A DNA stretch of 62,607 bases, filler included. It is 4 parts of 4 records of this genome, joined end to end, with 100 filler letters (N's around TTAATTAATTAA, not from the genome) between each part and the next. Parts side by side here need not be neighbours in the genome. Positions count along the whole stretch, not along the records: positions 25,786 to 56,607 come from SRR31156797_1850; 3 more parts are not named here. The stretch is one strand, 5' to 3'. The position numbers and the translations under genes are program-made. The notes under the pieces are model-generated. The model did not search any database, was not told the DNA's origin, and saw only the letters and a list, made by a program, of their open reading frames with translations. Position 1 is the first letter of the stretch. Each line of letters starts with the position of its first letter. Shown piece by piece: positions 36,111-46,437 of this stretch.

Positions 36111-37349
36111 ATGCGTATCTCATCATTCGGACAGCCGACAACCTCCACTTTCGACATCAAAGCAATTACCGATGATTTCAGAAGAAAAAATGTGGACAAA
36201 ATTGCTGACGAAAAGAAAAAAATTGAAGAAGGCATCAAAACCGAAAAAAATGTTTCGCAATACGATCTCGGCTTTACAATCGAAATGGCCATAAACGAAT
36301 CCTGCAAATTTCTGCATGAAGGATTATCCAGAATATTCATAGGTGGAGAGTCCACGCTGGCCGGTAGGACTAGTAAAGAATACGACAAGCACATTGAACA
36401 GCTATCCGAAGCAATTCAGCTACAGGACTACAAAAAAGCAGAAAAACTTATAGACAGATTCTTCGGCGGAAGCACCGATAAGATCGTCGGCAAAATTAAA
36501 ATGCTGGCCGAAGCAACTGAAGAAAAATTCTGGAATGCATTAGAAGATGGGATCGCTGCTTTGCCAGGAGGAGGAGCTCAATATAATTTTAGATACGATG
36601 GTAAGACGTATGAAAAAATAACCATAAAAGAGATGACCATGTTGGCCTCGAGACTGTCGAGAGAAGAAGTAGACCCTTTTTCAGATCAGGATTTCTCAGG
36701 GATTACCGACTCCATCCGCAAAGCCGCAGTCGAAAATGCCAAAGTAAAACTGAAACATGCCGGGCGTAACAAATATTCTGAGGACGCAGTAAGCGTCACA
36801 GCTTCAGCTGCTGAATTTTCTCGCAACAAAATTTTTAATACTAACGATATCGTCATCAAGGAAGACGAAAAACAATTAGCCGATATTTATGCGCTTGAAC
36901 CCGACGAGAAACTAAGTCAGGAACAACTCGAGAGACTAAAACACCGAAACACGCGTAAGACAGATAATTTTTACGATTACGCACGGGAACGAGTTAAACG
37001 CTTCTACTCAATATACGGAACCCTGAAAAGCACTGCTATGCTGGTTAAAAAAGGTGAAGAAGAGCAGGAAACACCAGCTAAAACATCTGAACGGGTAACA
37101 GCAGACGGTGCCTTAGGGCAGCAGACATCAGCAACAGAAATAGAGAAAATGTCACTTACGGCTCCAGTACAACCATTGGTCAAAGCTCAGCAAAATCAAA
37201 TACAATTACAAAATGATCTCAGCAGCATGCTCCTGCAAGACCATCCAGAAAAGAACAATGTAAATGATACCGATGCCATAAAAAAATATAAGACCCAGCA
37301 GACCAAATGGGAAGAATATTTATCCGGTTCCAATCAGGAGGATAAATAA
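36111..37349 (+). CDS. hypothetical protein, paralogue 1 of 3
   Basis: 412 aa; shares LAGR..EY..HI..L..AI..QD...AEK.I..F and K.KLK.AG.NKYSE...SVT with the next two ORFs. Confidence 0.85.
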   Translation: MRISSFGQPTTSTFDIKAITDDFRRKNVDKIADEKKKIEEGIKTEKNVSQYDLGFTIEMAINESCKFLHEGLSRIFIGGESTLAGRTSKEYDKHIEQLSEAIQLQDYKKAEKLIDRFFGGSTDKIVGKIKMLAEATEEKFWNALEDGIAALPGGGAQYNFRYDGKTYEKITIKEMTMLASRLSREEVDPFSDQDFSGITDSIRKAAVENAKVKLKHAGRNKYSEDAVSVTASAAEFSRNKIFNTNDIVIKEDEKQLADIYALEPDEKLSQEQLERLKHRNTRKTDNFYDYARERVKRFYSIYGTLKSTAMLVKKGEEEQETPAKTSERVTADGALGQQTSATEIEKMSLTAPVQPLVKAQQNQIQLQNDLSSMLLQDHPEKNNVNDTDAIKKYKTQQTKWEEYLSGSNQEDK

Positions 37350-37351
37350 TT

Positions 37352-38497
37352 ATGCGTGTACAGAGTTTCAATCAATTCAGCCAAATACAGACTGGTTCTT
37401 TCAAGCTTGGTAATACCAAGGACGAAAACCCCACTCTCCCTAAGAGGATTGTAGCTTCGCCAGCAGACCTGCCTCCCCGTAAAGTCTCCCAGAACAGTGT
37501 TGAATTTCAGATTCAGAAAGCCATGCGCAAATCAGCCAACTTCCTGAAAAAGGGATTGGATAAAATCTTTGATAACGGAGAACAACTGCTAGCTGGCCGT
37601 AACAGAGAAGAATACCGAGAACACATCAAAGAGCTTGGGAAAGCCATCCAAGGACAAGATTCCAAACGAGCAGAAAAGCTAATCAATAGATTTTACAATG
37701 GTGACACGGATGAAATTATTACGCACATTGAAAACCTGACCAAAGCTGCTGAGGACAATTTCTGGGACAACATTGAAGAAGGTCTCAACTTTCTGAAAAA
37801 AGACGGCCTGAAATGGACCTTGTATGTAGACGGAAAGGAGCGCGACGATCTCTCTTCTTTTGACCTTGCCAAAATGGCCATTAAAAAATCACGTAATGAG
37901 GCAGACAAATTTTCATCCGAAGATCTTGACGACCTTGTCACTGCCACCCGTGACGGGGCTGTAGCCCACGCCAAGGGTAAACTAAAAAATGCGGGCCAAA
38001 ACAAATATTCAGAAGACGCATACAGCGTAACCCACGCGGCCACGGATTATGCCAAAGGAAAAATATTTAACACCGATGATTCCAACTACGAAGAAGATGA
38101 AAAAGTTCTCAAGGACATAGACGAACTTTATTACAACGAAGATGTGACCGAAGAGCAGCTGGACCGTCTGCGACACCAGAACACCCGCAAGGCTGATAAA
38201 TTCACCAAATTCATGCGCGGCAGTGCCGAAGCATTTACTTATGAATTTGATAAGCTGAAACTGGCCGCAAGCCCCCGAGTTGAGGAGAAATCGGCCAATT
38301 CCCAAGAACAGACTCAAGCTGCATTGTCACCCATGGGACAGCAATTGGAGAATGGCATTGATCCGCAACTAATGTCTTTGGATGTAAAGGGCATGCTTAA
38401 TTCATCGCAGCAAAATGAAAACACCGAAAAGCAAGCCGAAAAATACACAAGCAATGTAACAGAAGAGATCTACCCTTCAATCGACTGGAAAATCTAA
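37352..38497 (+). CDS. hypothetical protein, paralogue 2 of 3
   Basis: 381 aa; RBS GGAGG; KGKLKNAGQNKYSEDAYSVTHAA. Confidence 0.85.
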   Translation: MRVQSFNQFSQIQTGSFKLGNTKDENPTLPKRIVASPADLPPRKVSQNSVEFQIQKAMRKSANFLKKGLDKIFDNGEQLLAGRNREEYREHIKELGKAIQGQDSKRAEKLINRFYNGDTDEIITHIENLTKAAEDNFWDNIEEGLNFLKKDGLKWTLYVDGKERDDLSSFDLAKMAIKKSRNEADKFSSEDLDDLVTATRDGAVAHAKGKLKNAGQNKYSEDAYSVTHAATDYAKGKIFNTDDSNYEEDEKVLKDIDELYYNEDVTEEQLDRLRHQNTRKADKFTKFMRGSAEAFTYEFDKLKLAASPRVEEKSANSQEQTQAALSPMGQQLENGIDPQLMSLDVKGMLNSSQQNENTEKQAEKYTSNVTEEIYPSIDWKI

Positions 38498-38509
38498 CCG
38501 AGGGAATCT

Positions 38510-39733
38510 ATGCAAATCAATTCCACCGCCCAAAGCACAGTTGGTTCTTTTAATTTCCGCGCTCAGCAGGAAGAAGCCACTTCACGCAAAGTGGAAAATG
38601 AATCCGCAAAAACTTCAACCGCGAAGTCAGTCAACGGCAAAGAAGAACTGACCGTAATTAATCCGATTGAATGGGAAAGTATTGAAGTTGAAATTGCCAG
38701 AATTGTTGATGAAAAATCCAATGAGCTTCAAGCGGGGCTGGGAAAAATTTTCGAAGAAGGTAACGAGAACCTTCTTTCCGGCAAATCAGGGCTTGAGTAC
38801 GATAAACACATCAAAGAGCTTGCCGCAGCAATCGACGGACAGGATTTCAAGAACGCTGAAAAGATCATCGACAAATTCTTTACCGGCGACAAAGACAAGG
38901 TCATTGAGCGGGTCCAAAGTTTAGCTAACTCGGTGAAAGACAGCTTCTGGAATAAAGTGCGCGATAAATTCAAAGACCTGTATATAGCCGAACACCGCAC
39001 CACATACAAAAAAGGAGAAGAGCCAGAAAGTGCATTGCCCTACGTGCAACGCGCCATTGAGCGAGCCAAGGCCACATCTGCAGAATACGACATCAGCGAC
39101 AAAGATATTGCCAACCGGGTAAGCTCCACCATCGACACAGGGACTGAACAGGCAAAGGGCAAACTCAGGAACGCAGGTCGTAACCGCTACTCCGAAACTT
39201 CAGAAAGCGTAACTCACGCAACCGCCCAATACGCCCGCGATAATATCTTCGGTGGTGATGAGAATTCCAGAAAAGAAGATAAAATAAATATGGACGCAGC
39301 CCGAGATAGTTTTGATGATATAAATGAGTTTATTTACCCCTCTCAGCAAACGGTCGACAAACTGAATGAGGCCAACAAAAGCAAAAAAGATGATTTTTCC
39401 AAATACCTGTTCAAAAGCGGTGAAGCCTATTTTGAAGCCTTAAAATCAGAACTAGGTGTGAAGAAACTCTCCAGCAAAGATTATATAACTGTCGAAGAGG
39501 AACAAGCCTATCAGGATTATCTCAAATCACAAGAAGGGCAGACTGCAAAGCCGGTTAAAATGGAATTCGGACCCGTAGCGGATATCCCAATGACTCTGGG
39601 ACTTCAGGACAGCATAACAAAGCAAGCCTTGTTCTCTCCCGTCAAAGTCACCGAACTTTATGGCAACGAAGAGGAGCAACAGTTCGGAACCAAGAGTAAA
39701 AAGCAGGGAAACAGCTTTGCCGGATGGGTTTAA
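38510..39733 (+). CDS. hypothetical protein, paralogue 3 of 3
   Basis: 407 aa; RBS GAGGG; KGKLRNAGRNRYSETSESVTHAT. Confidence 0.85.
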   Translation: MQINSTAQSTVGSFNFRAQQEEATSRKVENESAKTSTAKSVNGKEELTVINPIEWESIEVEIARIVDEKSNELQAGLGKIFEEGNENLLSGKSGLEYDKHIKELAAAIDGQDFKNAEKIIDKFFTGDKDKVIERVQSLANSVKDSFWNKVRDKFKDLYIAEHRTTYKKGEEPESALPYVQRAIERAKATSAEYDISDKDIANRVSSTIDTGTEQAKGKLRNAGRNRYSETSESVTHATAQYARDNIFGGDENSRKEDKINMDAARDSFDDINEFIYPSQQTVDKLNEANKSKKDDFSKYLFKSGEAYFEALKSELGVKKLSSKDYITVEEEQAYQDYLKSQEGQTAKPVKMEFGPVADIPMTLGLQDSITKQALFSPVKVTELYGNEEEQQFGTKSKKQGNSFAGWV

Positions 39734-40482
39734 GTCTTTTCCTTTTCTTTCAGCTCATCCTTTTCTTCTTGCTCCAGACTCTTCTGAGAAAGGAAGGCTC
39801 CAAGAATTCCGGCGATAAATACAGCTAGGTACATCTGCCCAAAAAGCCCCTGCAGAATTGCAAGAGAGCGAGCCATAAGTGAAACAGGAAGAACATCCCC
39901 ATAGCCCACAGTAAGCATGGTTACGTAGCTGAAGTAGGTCAAGGCTCCTCGTACAGTGAAGACGTTACTTTCAGAGCCAATACCCGAAAATGCCCCTTCA
40001 TTAAAAATTGCACACAGGCTGTAAGCATCGGACCAGACCAAACCGGCCAGCATATAGATACAAATAGCACCGGAAATTAAATCTCTCGTGACCTTCTTCT
40101 GTCGCCACATAAAATTCTGTATGCCCCAGATGGCAATAACCAGCATGAGCATATCCGCACCTTCGCTGCCAGCCAGCCATGTGAGATTCTTTGTTCGCAT
40201 GAACATAATAGAACTGACTAATGATATTCCATACAAAACAAAGTATGCGTAAAGCTTGACCCTATTGACAACGATGGCTGCAACTGCTGAGACCAAAACT
40301 AAGTAGGTATGAAAATAAAGCACCTGCTGCAGAAACAGTGAGTCACCGGCAATGGGACTAATAAATATCTGAATTACCAGAAATCCAAGCAAGACCGTAA
40401 ACTTTGACGGGCTATATTTGAAAATATGATAAAGCCTGAACAGAAATGGGCTGTAATTAAATTCTTGATTTGATCCGGACAT
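39730..40482 (-). CDS. potassium channel family protein
   Basis: Selectivity filter TVGYGD; multiple TM helices. Confidence 0.88.
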   Translation of the reverse strand: MSGSNQEFNYSPFLFRLYHIFKYSPSKFTVLLGFLVIQIFISPIAGDSLFLQQVLYFHTYLVLVSAVAAIVVNRVKLYAYFVLYGISLVSSIMFMRTKNLTWLAGSEGADMLMLVIAIWGIQNFMWRQKKVTRDLISGAICIYMLAGLVWSDAYSLCAIFNEGAFSGIGSESNVFTVRGALTYFSYVTMLTVGYGDVLPVSLMARSLAILQGLFGQMYLAVFIAGILGAFLSQKSLEQEEKDELKEKEKT

Positions 40483-40623
40483 GAGACATTATTACCTCAC
40501 AACAGCATGTAATTCCATATTTTTATAGCTAATCAGCTATTTTAAACCCTTCCCGGCAGTTGCTAAGAGTCCAGATTGGGAGTAGCTTTCGTGGTTCACA
40601 TCACTCCAAAGGATTATTCGCTG

Positions 40624-41802
40624 ATGGAAGCTTTATATAAAAACAAGAACTTACAGATAGTTTTCTCTGTCACACTCATGGCAATCATGGGTGTTTCCAG
40701 CATCATCCCGGCCTTGCCGGACATGATCCGTGAATTCGGTATCTCCGCATCAACAATCGGGCTGATCTTTACTATTTTCACCCTGCCCGGAATTCTCTTC
40801 GCTCCTTTGGCCGGAATCTTTGCCGACCGGTTGGGCCGAAAAAAAATTCTCGTACCTTCACTGGTGATCTTCGGAGTTGCCGGGACAGCCTGTTTTTTTG
40901 CACCTGATTTCCATTCCCTGCTCCTGATCCGTTTCATTCAGGGAATCGGGGCTGCGGCTATCGGGGTTATCAACCTGACCATCATCGGTGATCTTTTCAG
41001 CGGTAAAGACAGGATCAAGGCCATGGGACTCAATGCTGGAGTCCTGAGTATGGGCACAGCCATCTTCCCTGCCATTGGAGGGATATTGGCCCAGATCAGC
41101 TGGGAGGCACCTTTCCTGCTCTCGCTCACAGCTCTCCCGCTGGCATGGGTAGTAGCCGTCAAGCTGGATAATCCGGAACCGTCATCCAGTGACAACTTCA
41201 AACGGTACATGAAAGCAGCCCTTGCCGGAATGCGCAGTAAAGAAGTTTTAAGCCTTTTTGCTATTTCTCTGCTAACTTTCATCATCCTTTACGGGCCGAT
41301 TGTCACCTATCTGCCCCTGCTACTCAACTCCCGGTTTGAGGCTTCCCCTTTAATGATCGGACTGGTTATTTCCAGTGCATCATTCATCACCGCACTGGCC
41401 GCATCACAGATGGGCAGACTGGCCCATTTCATGTCCCAGCCGCTGATGATCTCCCTTTCCGCATTTGCCTACGGTGCAGCTATGATCATGCTCCCTGAAG
41501 CGGAATCGGCTTTGTGGTGTATTCTCCCGGTCTGTATGTTCGGTCTGGGACAAGGGCTGAACATGCCCAATTCCATGTCCATGCTTACAGCAATCGCCCC
41601 CATGGAACAACGCGCGGTATTTATGTCTGTGAACGGAATGTTACTGCGTGCGGGCCAGACAATTGCTCCGATACTGATGGGACTGGTATATTCCGGCTTT
41701 AGTCTGCAGGCTGTTTTCTATGCCGGGGCTGTGGTGGCAGCAGCAATATTGGTTATTTCAACTATGTTTTTACGAGGATTTGAAGCGGAAACAGCGCAAT
41801 AA
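40624..41802 (+). CDS. MFS transporter
   Basis: GIFADRLGRK motif A, RFIQGIG; about 12 TM segments; ATG 40624 preferred. Confidence 0.93.
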   Translation: MEALYKNKNLQIVFSVTLMAIMGVSSIIPALPDMIREFGISASTIGLIFTIFTLPGILFAPLAGIFADRLGRKKILVPSLVIFGVAGTACFFAPDFHSLLLIRFIQGIGAAAIGVINLTIIGDLFSGKDRIKAMGLNAGVLSMGTAIFPAIGGILAQISWEAPFLLSLTALPLAWVVAVKLDNPEPSSSDNFKRYMKAALAGMRSKEVLSLFAISLLTFIILYGPIVTYLPLLLNSRFEASPLMIGLVISSASFITALAASQMGRLAHFMSQPLMISLSAFAYGAAMIMLPEAESALWCILPVCMFGLGQGLNMPNSMSMLTAIAPMEQRAVFMSVNGMLLRAGQTIAPILMGLVYSGFSLQAVFYAGAVVAAAILVISTMFLRGFEAETAQ

Positions 41803-41899
41803 CATTATGACAAGCGCAATAATTGACTGAAAAGTAATTTTTGTTCATTTTCGGACTTCTCAAATAGGGGATCAATTTAAACAGGGACTGTCCGGAAAA

Positions 41900-42085
41900 A
41901 TGAAAGTTGGATTTATAGCCTTCATGGAGCATATCTTTAATCCGCTCCACATATATTGCAGACTCGTGGACTGCGGCCTTTCTTCAGCAAAAGCTAAAAA
42001 GGTGGCCCGAACTTACGAGTTGTGTTTCTTCAAGCCTGCGACCTTGTGCATCCCTGCGATCAGACATCAAAAGCGGGCGAAGTAA
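41900..42085 (+). CDS. small hypothetical protein
   Basis: 61 aa with EHIFNPLHIYCRL..CG motif; fills the gap between genes. Confidence 0.6.
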   Translation: MKVGFIAFMEHIFNPLHIYCRLVDCGLSSAKAKKVARTYELCFFKPATLCIPAIRHQKRAK

Positions 42086-42431
42086 GCTCGTTATCGATGG
42101 TATCTGCATCCTCAGCATTAAATTGAATCAGACGACGCAGGTGAGTAAAACTGACTTCATCCATATGATGGAAATCTGCAGCCAGCCCATCTTCATCTGA
42201 ACGGACCACCCTGGCGCTTACCCTTATAATCGCGTCTTCAGAGAGCGGAATAGAAATCTCGCACTCATCCCCCACGACAAAGCCTTTCACGGGATCGCAA
42301 AGAATCCCCTTCAAGCTAAGATTATGCGACTCCACAAAAGCATCAATATCTTCTTTGTGTAAAACAACCCTGAAGCCTGCATTTACTCGGGTTCTACGTC
42401 TCTTATTCTGATCCATGAATTCTCCACGCAC
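42060..42431 (-). CDS. PilZ-domain c-di-GMP receptor
   Basis: RRRTR (RxxxR) and NLSLKG (D/NxSxxG). Confidence 0.88.
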   Translation of the reverse strand: MRGEFMDQNKRRRTRVNAGFRVVLHKEDIDAFVESHNLSLKGILCDPVKGFVVGDECEISIPLSEDAIIRVSARVVRSDEDGLAADFHHMDEVSFTHLRRLIQFNAEDADTIDNELTSPAFDV

Positions 42432-42512
42432 TTTTAGTAAAGCTGTAAAACCATTTTTTTCTATTTACTCAATATTGCTTCCTTCTTCAATAGCAACGTA
42501 AGAGTTTAATTC

Positions 42513-43739
42513 TTAAAAAGAACACCCCTCCCGATTTGTCTTCCGCCTTTCGCCCGGGGTGATATCCCCAACCTTCTTTAAAGCGAAACGGGTGCAAATC
42601 GGGCCTGCGATCTCGAAAAAGACAGTGGTTGCCGCGATAACTGAAACCACGGCCTCAAATTCCTCAAACCTGTGAGCTGCAGTGAGTGCCATCCCAAGGG
42701 CAATCCCGGCCTGCGGCATTAAGGCCATGCTCATCCACTTGCCGAAAAACAGATTTTCACCACCCTTTTTCGCCCCAAGGATGCTTCCTACAAAACGACT
42801 GCCTATGCGCAACAGAATGTAAAACATAATCAGCTTCTGGTTAACGTAAATATGTTCAACCTCAATATTTACCCCGGCAAACAAGAAAAAAAGCACTACA
42901 ATGGGCCACTCAATGGACCGTATTGAATAAAAGGAGCAATCCATGCGCTTGGCAAGATTGACTACCACCATCCCCATGGTCATGGCCGCCAACAGGAAGG
43001 AAACATCCAGCCACATGGCGACACCGCCACAGATACAGACCATACCCAGAGCTTCGAGCAAAGTATGTTCCCCGGATTTCAAATATCCGGTCAGATAGCT
43101 CATAGGAGCCCCCAAAACAGCACCCACGAAAATTGCATACACAATATCCTTACCACCGTGCGCCAAAGTCTCAACGCTACCACCGCCGCCGCTGGCCAGC
43201 ATCTGGGCCGCAGCCAGCATAAGACTGAAAACAATCAGACCGAGAGCATCATCAAGGGCAATAATCTTGAGCAGGACTTCGGTAAAACGGCCCTTGGCAT
43301 TGACTTCATGAACTACATCCACAGTAGCAGCAGGAGCAGTCGCCGGAGCTATACCACCGTAAATCAGGGCTAACGGCAAGGGGATACCTGCCAACCAAAG
43401 TCCACCACCAACGATTACCGCAGTAGCCCCCACTACCCCGAGAGTAATCCAGAGCACCAGCATGCCTGAACGACGCAAAGATGCATACTGCAAGGAACTA
43501 CCCAGCAAAAAGCCGATCATGACCAAGGCCATGTCTGCAACTACGGGCATCCAGCTCTGAGTGGAAACCGGAAGCAGGTCAAACCCGGACGGCCCGATCA
43601 GGAACCCGGCAACCATAAGTATCGAAACCCTCGGGATAGGGGTATTTCTGCCGATGGTATCAGCTAAGAAACCGACCATGAACAGCATTCCGAGAGTAAT
43701 AAGGGTCAAAGCGGATACAGTCATCTGGACGTCCTTCAT
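42513..43739 (-). CDS. cation:proton antiporter
   Basis: ATAPAAT, ALDDA, PQAGIALG; many TM helices. Confidence 0.9.
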   Translation of the reverse strand: MKDVQMTVSALTLITLGMLFMVGFLADTIGRNTPIPRVSILMVAGFLIGPSGFDLLPVSTQSWMPVVADMALVMIGFLLGSSLQYASLRRSGMLVLWITLGVVGATAVIVGGGLWLAGIPLPLALIYGGIAPATAPAATVDVVHEVNAKGRFTEVLLKIIALDDALGLIVFSLMLAAAQMLASGGGGSVETLAHGGKDIVYAIFVGAVLGAPMSYLTGYLKSGEHTLLEALGMVCICGGVAMWLDVSFLLAAMTMGMVVVNLAKRMDCSFYSIRSIEWPIVVLFFLFAGVNIEVEHIYVNQKLIMFYILLRIGSRFVGSILGAKKGGENLFFGKWMSMALMPQAGIALGMALTAAHRFEEFEAVVSVIAATTVFFEIAGPICTRFALKKVGDITPGERRKTNREGCSF

Positions 43740-43896
43740 TTCTTTTAAGTCTAATCAGGCATAATACTTATTCCTTGTACTTTCATAATAAACTATTTTC
43801 ACTGAACAACAAAGAAATTCAGATAGAAGCGCAACCCCCTCATTGATTGTGCATTCACTTTTGTATGTATACCCCCTAGAGCCCCCCCTTAAGACC

Positions 43897-43958
43897 ATTG
43901 CATGCAATTTATTGCTTGCAATTAAACTCATTTTAATCTAGCTGAATGAGCGTTCACT
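43897..43958. promoter_or_regulatory. candidate operators upstream of satP
   Basis: ATTGCATGCAAT (43897-43908), ATTGCTTGCAAT (43911-43922), TGAATGAGCGTTCACT (43943-43958). Confidence 0.45.
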
Positions 43959-44078
43959 ATTCACAAAAACACACCCACACTCCACCAACACCCACCACTC
44001 ACATTTTCCGCTGCACCCCACCGACAGTGGAAAGCCGGATTAAGTGTGTTTTGAAAGACTTATTTTTAGGAGAGACAA

Positions 44079-44636
44079 ATGGAATCAAAACTCGCTAACC
44101 CCGCCCCGTTGGGCCTGATGGGATTCGGCATGACCACCATCCTGCTGAACATCCACAACGCAGGATTTTTCCCCATCAGTTCCATGATCCTTGCCATGGG
44201 AATTTTCTACGGCGGCATCGCGCAGGTCATCGCCGGAGTGATGGAATTCAAGAAGGGCAACACCTTCGGAACCACTGCCTTCACTTCCTACGGCCTTTTC
44301 TGGCTGACCCTCGTAGCCTTGATCGTCATGCCCAAGATGGGGCTTGCTGATCCCACCCCGCACGCATACATGGGCTGGTACCTGCTTATGTGGGGTATTT
44401 TCACCCTGTTCATGTTCTTTGGAACCCTGAAGAGTAACAAGGTGCTGCAATTCATCTTCTTTTCCCTGACCGTGCTTTTCTTCCTGCTTGCTGTGCGCGA
44501 TTTCACCGGCAGCCACTTCGTCGGCACCATTGCCGGATGGGAAGGAATAGTCTGCGGAGCATCCGCATTCTACCTCGCCATGGCTGAAGTCATCAACGAA
44601 CAGTACGGACGCACCATCCTGCCTATCGGCGAATAA
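44079..44636 (+). CDS. satP: acetate/succinate uptake channel (SatP/YaaH)
   Basis: [30 protein letters not shown]. Confidence 0.93.
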   Translation: MESKLANPAPLGLMGFGMTTILLNIHNAGFFPISSMILAMGIFYGGIAQVIAGVMEFKKGNTFGTTAFTSYGLFWLTLVALIVMPKMGLADPTPHAYMGWYLLMWGIFTLFMFFGTLKSNKVLQFIFFSLTVLFFLLAVRDFTGSHFVGTIAGWEGIVCGASAFYLAMAEVINEQYGRTILPIGE

Positions 44637-44660
44637 AGTACCGCTTCTCATAAAAGCCCT

Positions 44661-44695
44661 AAGGCCGCGCAGCTTGATGCTGTGCGGCCTTTTTT
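44661..44695 (+). terminator. intrinsic terminator after satP
   Basis: AAGGCCGCGCAGC-TTGAT-GCTGTGCGGCCTT followed by TTTT. Confidence 0.85.
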
Positions 44696-44819
44696 AATGC
44701 CATCACGCGGCTAAGAACCTCACACTTCCCCTCACCCGACTTTTAAATTATAGATAGCGGACGCCACGCGGAGCCTATGTCCGCTTAAGCACAGAATAAG
44801 CTTCAGGAGAAAACCGAAC

Positions 44820-45704
44820 ATGAATATGGAACATGATATTACAAGGGCTAAATTTCTGATTGAATCGCTGCCGTACATCAAAGAATTCTACGGCGAAACC
44901 GTTGTCATCAAATACGGTGGCAACGCCATGATTGATGAAAGCCTGAAGCGAGCATTCGCCCTGAACATTATCCTACTGAAATACATCGGTATCAACCCGG
45001 TGGTCGTACATGGCGGTGGGCCGCAGATTCAGAAAATGCTTAGCGCGTTGAACATCGACAGCCAGTTCAAGAGTGGATACCGGGTTACCGACGAAGCGAC
45101 CATGGACGTGGTTGAAATGGTTCTCGTGGGACAGGTTAACAAGCAAATCGTCAACCTGATCAACCTGCACGGCGGCAAAGCCGTAGGTCTTTCCGGTAAA
45201 GATGGTATGCTTATCAAGGCCGAGCAAAAAGAACTGGTCATTGAATCCGAGACCAAAGCACCTGAAATCATAGACCTCGGCAAGGTGGGTGAAGTAACTG
45301 AAGTCAACACAACTCTGATCGAATCCCTGCAAAGCGAAGGATTCATCCCTGTTATCGCTCCCGTAGGCGTAGATGACGAAGGCTCCACCTACAACATCAA
45401 CGCCGACTCCGTAGCCGGGGCAGTTGCAGCAGCCATGAATGCCAAACGTCTACATTTGCTGACCGACGTGCAGGGGCTGCTTGATGCTGAGAAAAATCTG
45501 ATATCTTCCTTGAACTGCCGCGAAGCAGCCGAAGCTATCGATTCCGGTGTAGCCAAGGGCGGTATGATCCCCAAGCTGAGCTGCTGCCTTGAAGCGGTAC
45601 ACAGCGGAGTTGAAAAGGCGCACATCATTGACGGGCGCGTTGAAAACTGCGTGCTGCTGGAACTTTTCACTAAAAACGGTATCGGCACTGAGATTGTCGG
45701 TTAA
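44820..45704 (+). CDS. argB: acetylglutamate kinase
   Basis: [32 protein letters not shown]. Confidence 0.97.
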   Translation: MNMEHDITRAKFLIESLPYIKEFYGETVVIKYGGNAMIDESLKRAFALNIILLKYIGINPVVVHGGGPQIQKMLSALNIDSQFKSGYRVTDEATMDVVEMVLVGQVNKQIVNLINLHGGKAVGLSGKDGMLIKAEQKELVIESETKAPEIIDLGKVGEVTEVNTTLIESLQSEGFIPVIAPVGVDDEGSTYNINADSVAGAVAAAMNAKRLHLLTDVQGLLDAEKNLISSLNCREAAEAIDSGVAKGGMIPKLSCCLEAVHSGVEKAHIIDGRVENCVLLELFTKNGIGTEIVG

Positions 45705-45719
45705 TCCGGGGAGAGAAGA

Positions 45720-46430
45720 ATGAAAGCCATTGCCATTGTCGGAAAAAAGAAGACCGGCAAAACCACCATGGGCCTTGCTCTAGTCAAGAAACTCACTGAA
45801 AAAGGGTACAAGGTCGGTGTGCTCAAACATTCCCACCACGGCTTTGACGGAGCCGAAGGCGCGGATACCGAAGAATACAAGAAAATCGCATCTTGTGTGG
45901 CTGCATACTCCCCCAGCGAGTCCTTTGTTTCCTGGAAACAGGAACGCACTGTTCAGGACCTTATTCCGCTCATGGATGCCGACGTAATCGTCATGGAAGG
46001 CGGCAACAAGGTCGGCTGGCTGCCACGAGTGATCATGGTCCGCGAAGATAACGACGACAAAGAATTTTACCCTGAGCTAGCCCTGAAACAAATTCCGGCC
46101 TGTTCACCGGAGAATCCACCTTCCGATGAACTTTTGGAAGAGTTGGCCGATTTGGTCATGGATAAGGGTTTCATTCTGCCGGGACTTAACTGCGGGGCCT
46201 GCGGACGCGAATTCTGTATGGATTTCGTAACTGACATCATTGCCGGGAAAGCCCGAGTTTCCGGATGTCAGGCCATGAAGACGCAGATGGCCGTTACCTG
46301 CAACGGTGCCGAACTGGGCTTCAATCCCTTTGTGGCCGACATGCTTTCCGCCGGGATTACTGCCATGCTCAAGCAGCTAAAAGGGTACGTACCCGGAGAC
46401 ATTGAGATTAAGATAAAAAATCAGGGTTAA
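45720..46430 (+). CDS. mobB: molybdopterin-guanine dinucleotide biosynthesis protein B with Fe-S domain
   Basis: GKKKTGKTT, KHSHHGFD, LNCGACG..C; upstream of moeA genes. Confidence 0.85.
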   Translation: MKAIAIVGKKKTGKTTMGLALVKKLTEKGYKVGVLKHSHHGFDGAEGADTEEYKKIASCVAAYSPSESFVSWKQERTVQDLIPLMDADVIVMEGGNKVGWLPRVIMVREDNDDKEFYPELALKQIPACSPENPPSDELLEELADLVMDKGFILPGLNCGACGREFCMDFVTDIIAGKARVSGCQAMKTQMAVTCNGAELGFNPFVADMLSAGITAMLKQLKGYVPGDIEIKIKNQG

Positions 46431-46437
46431 TTAGAAA

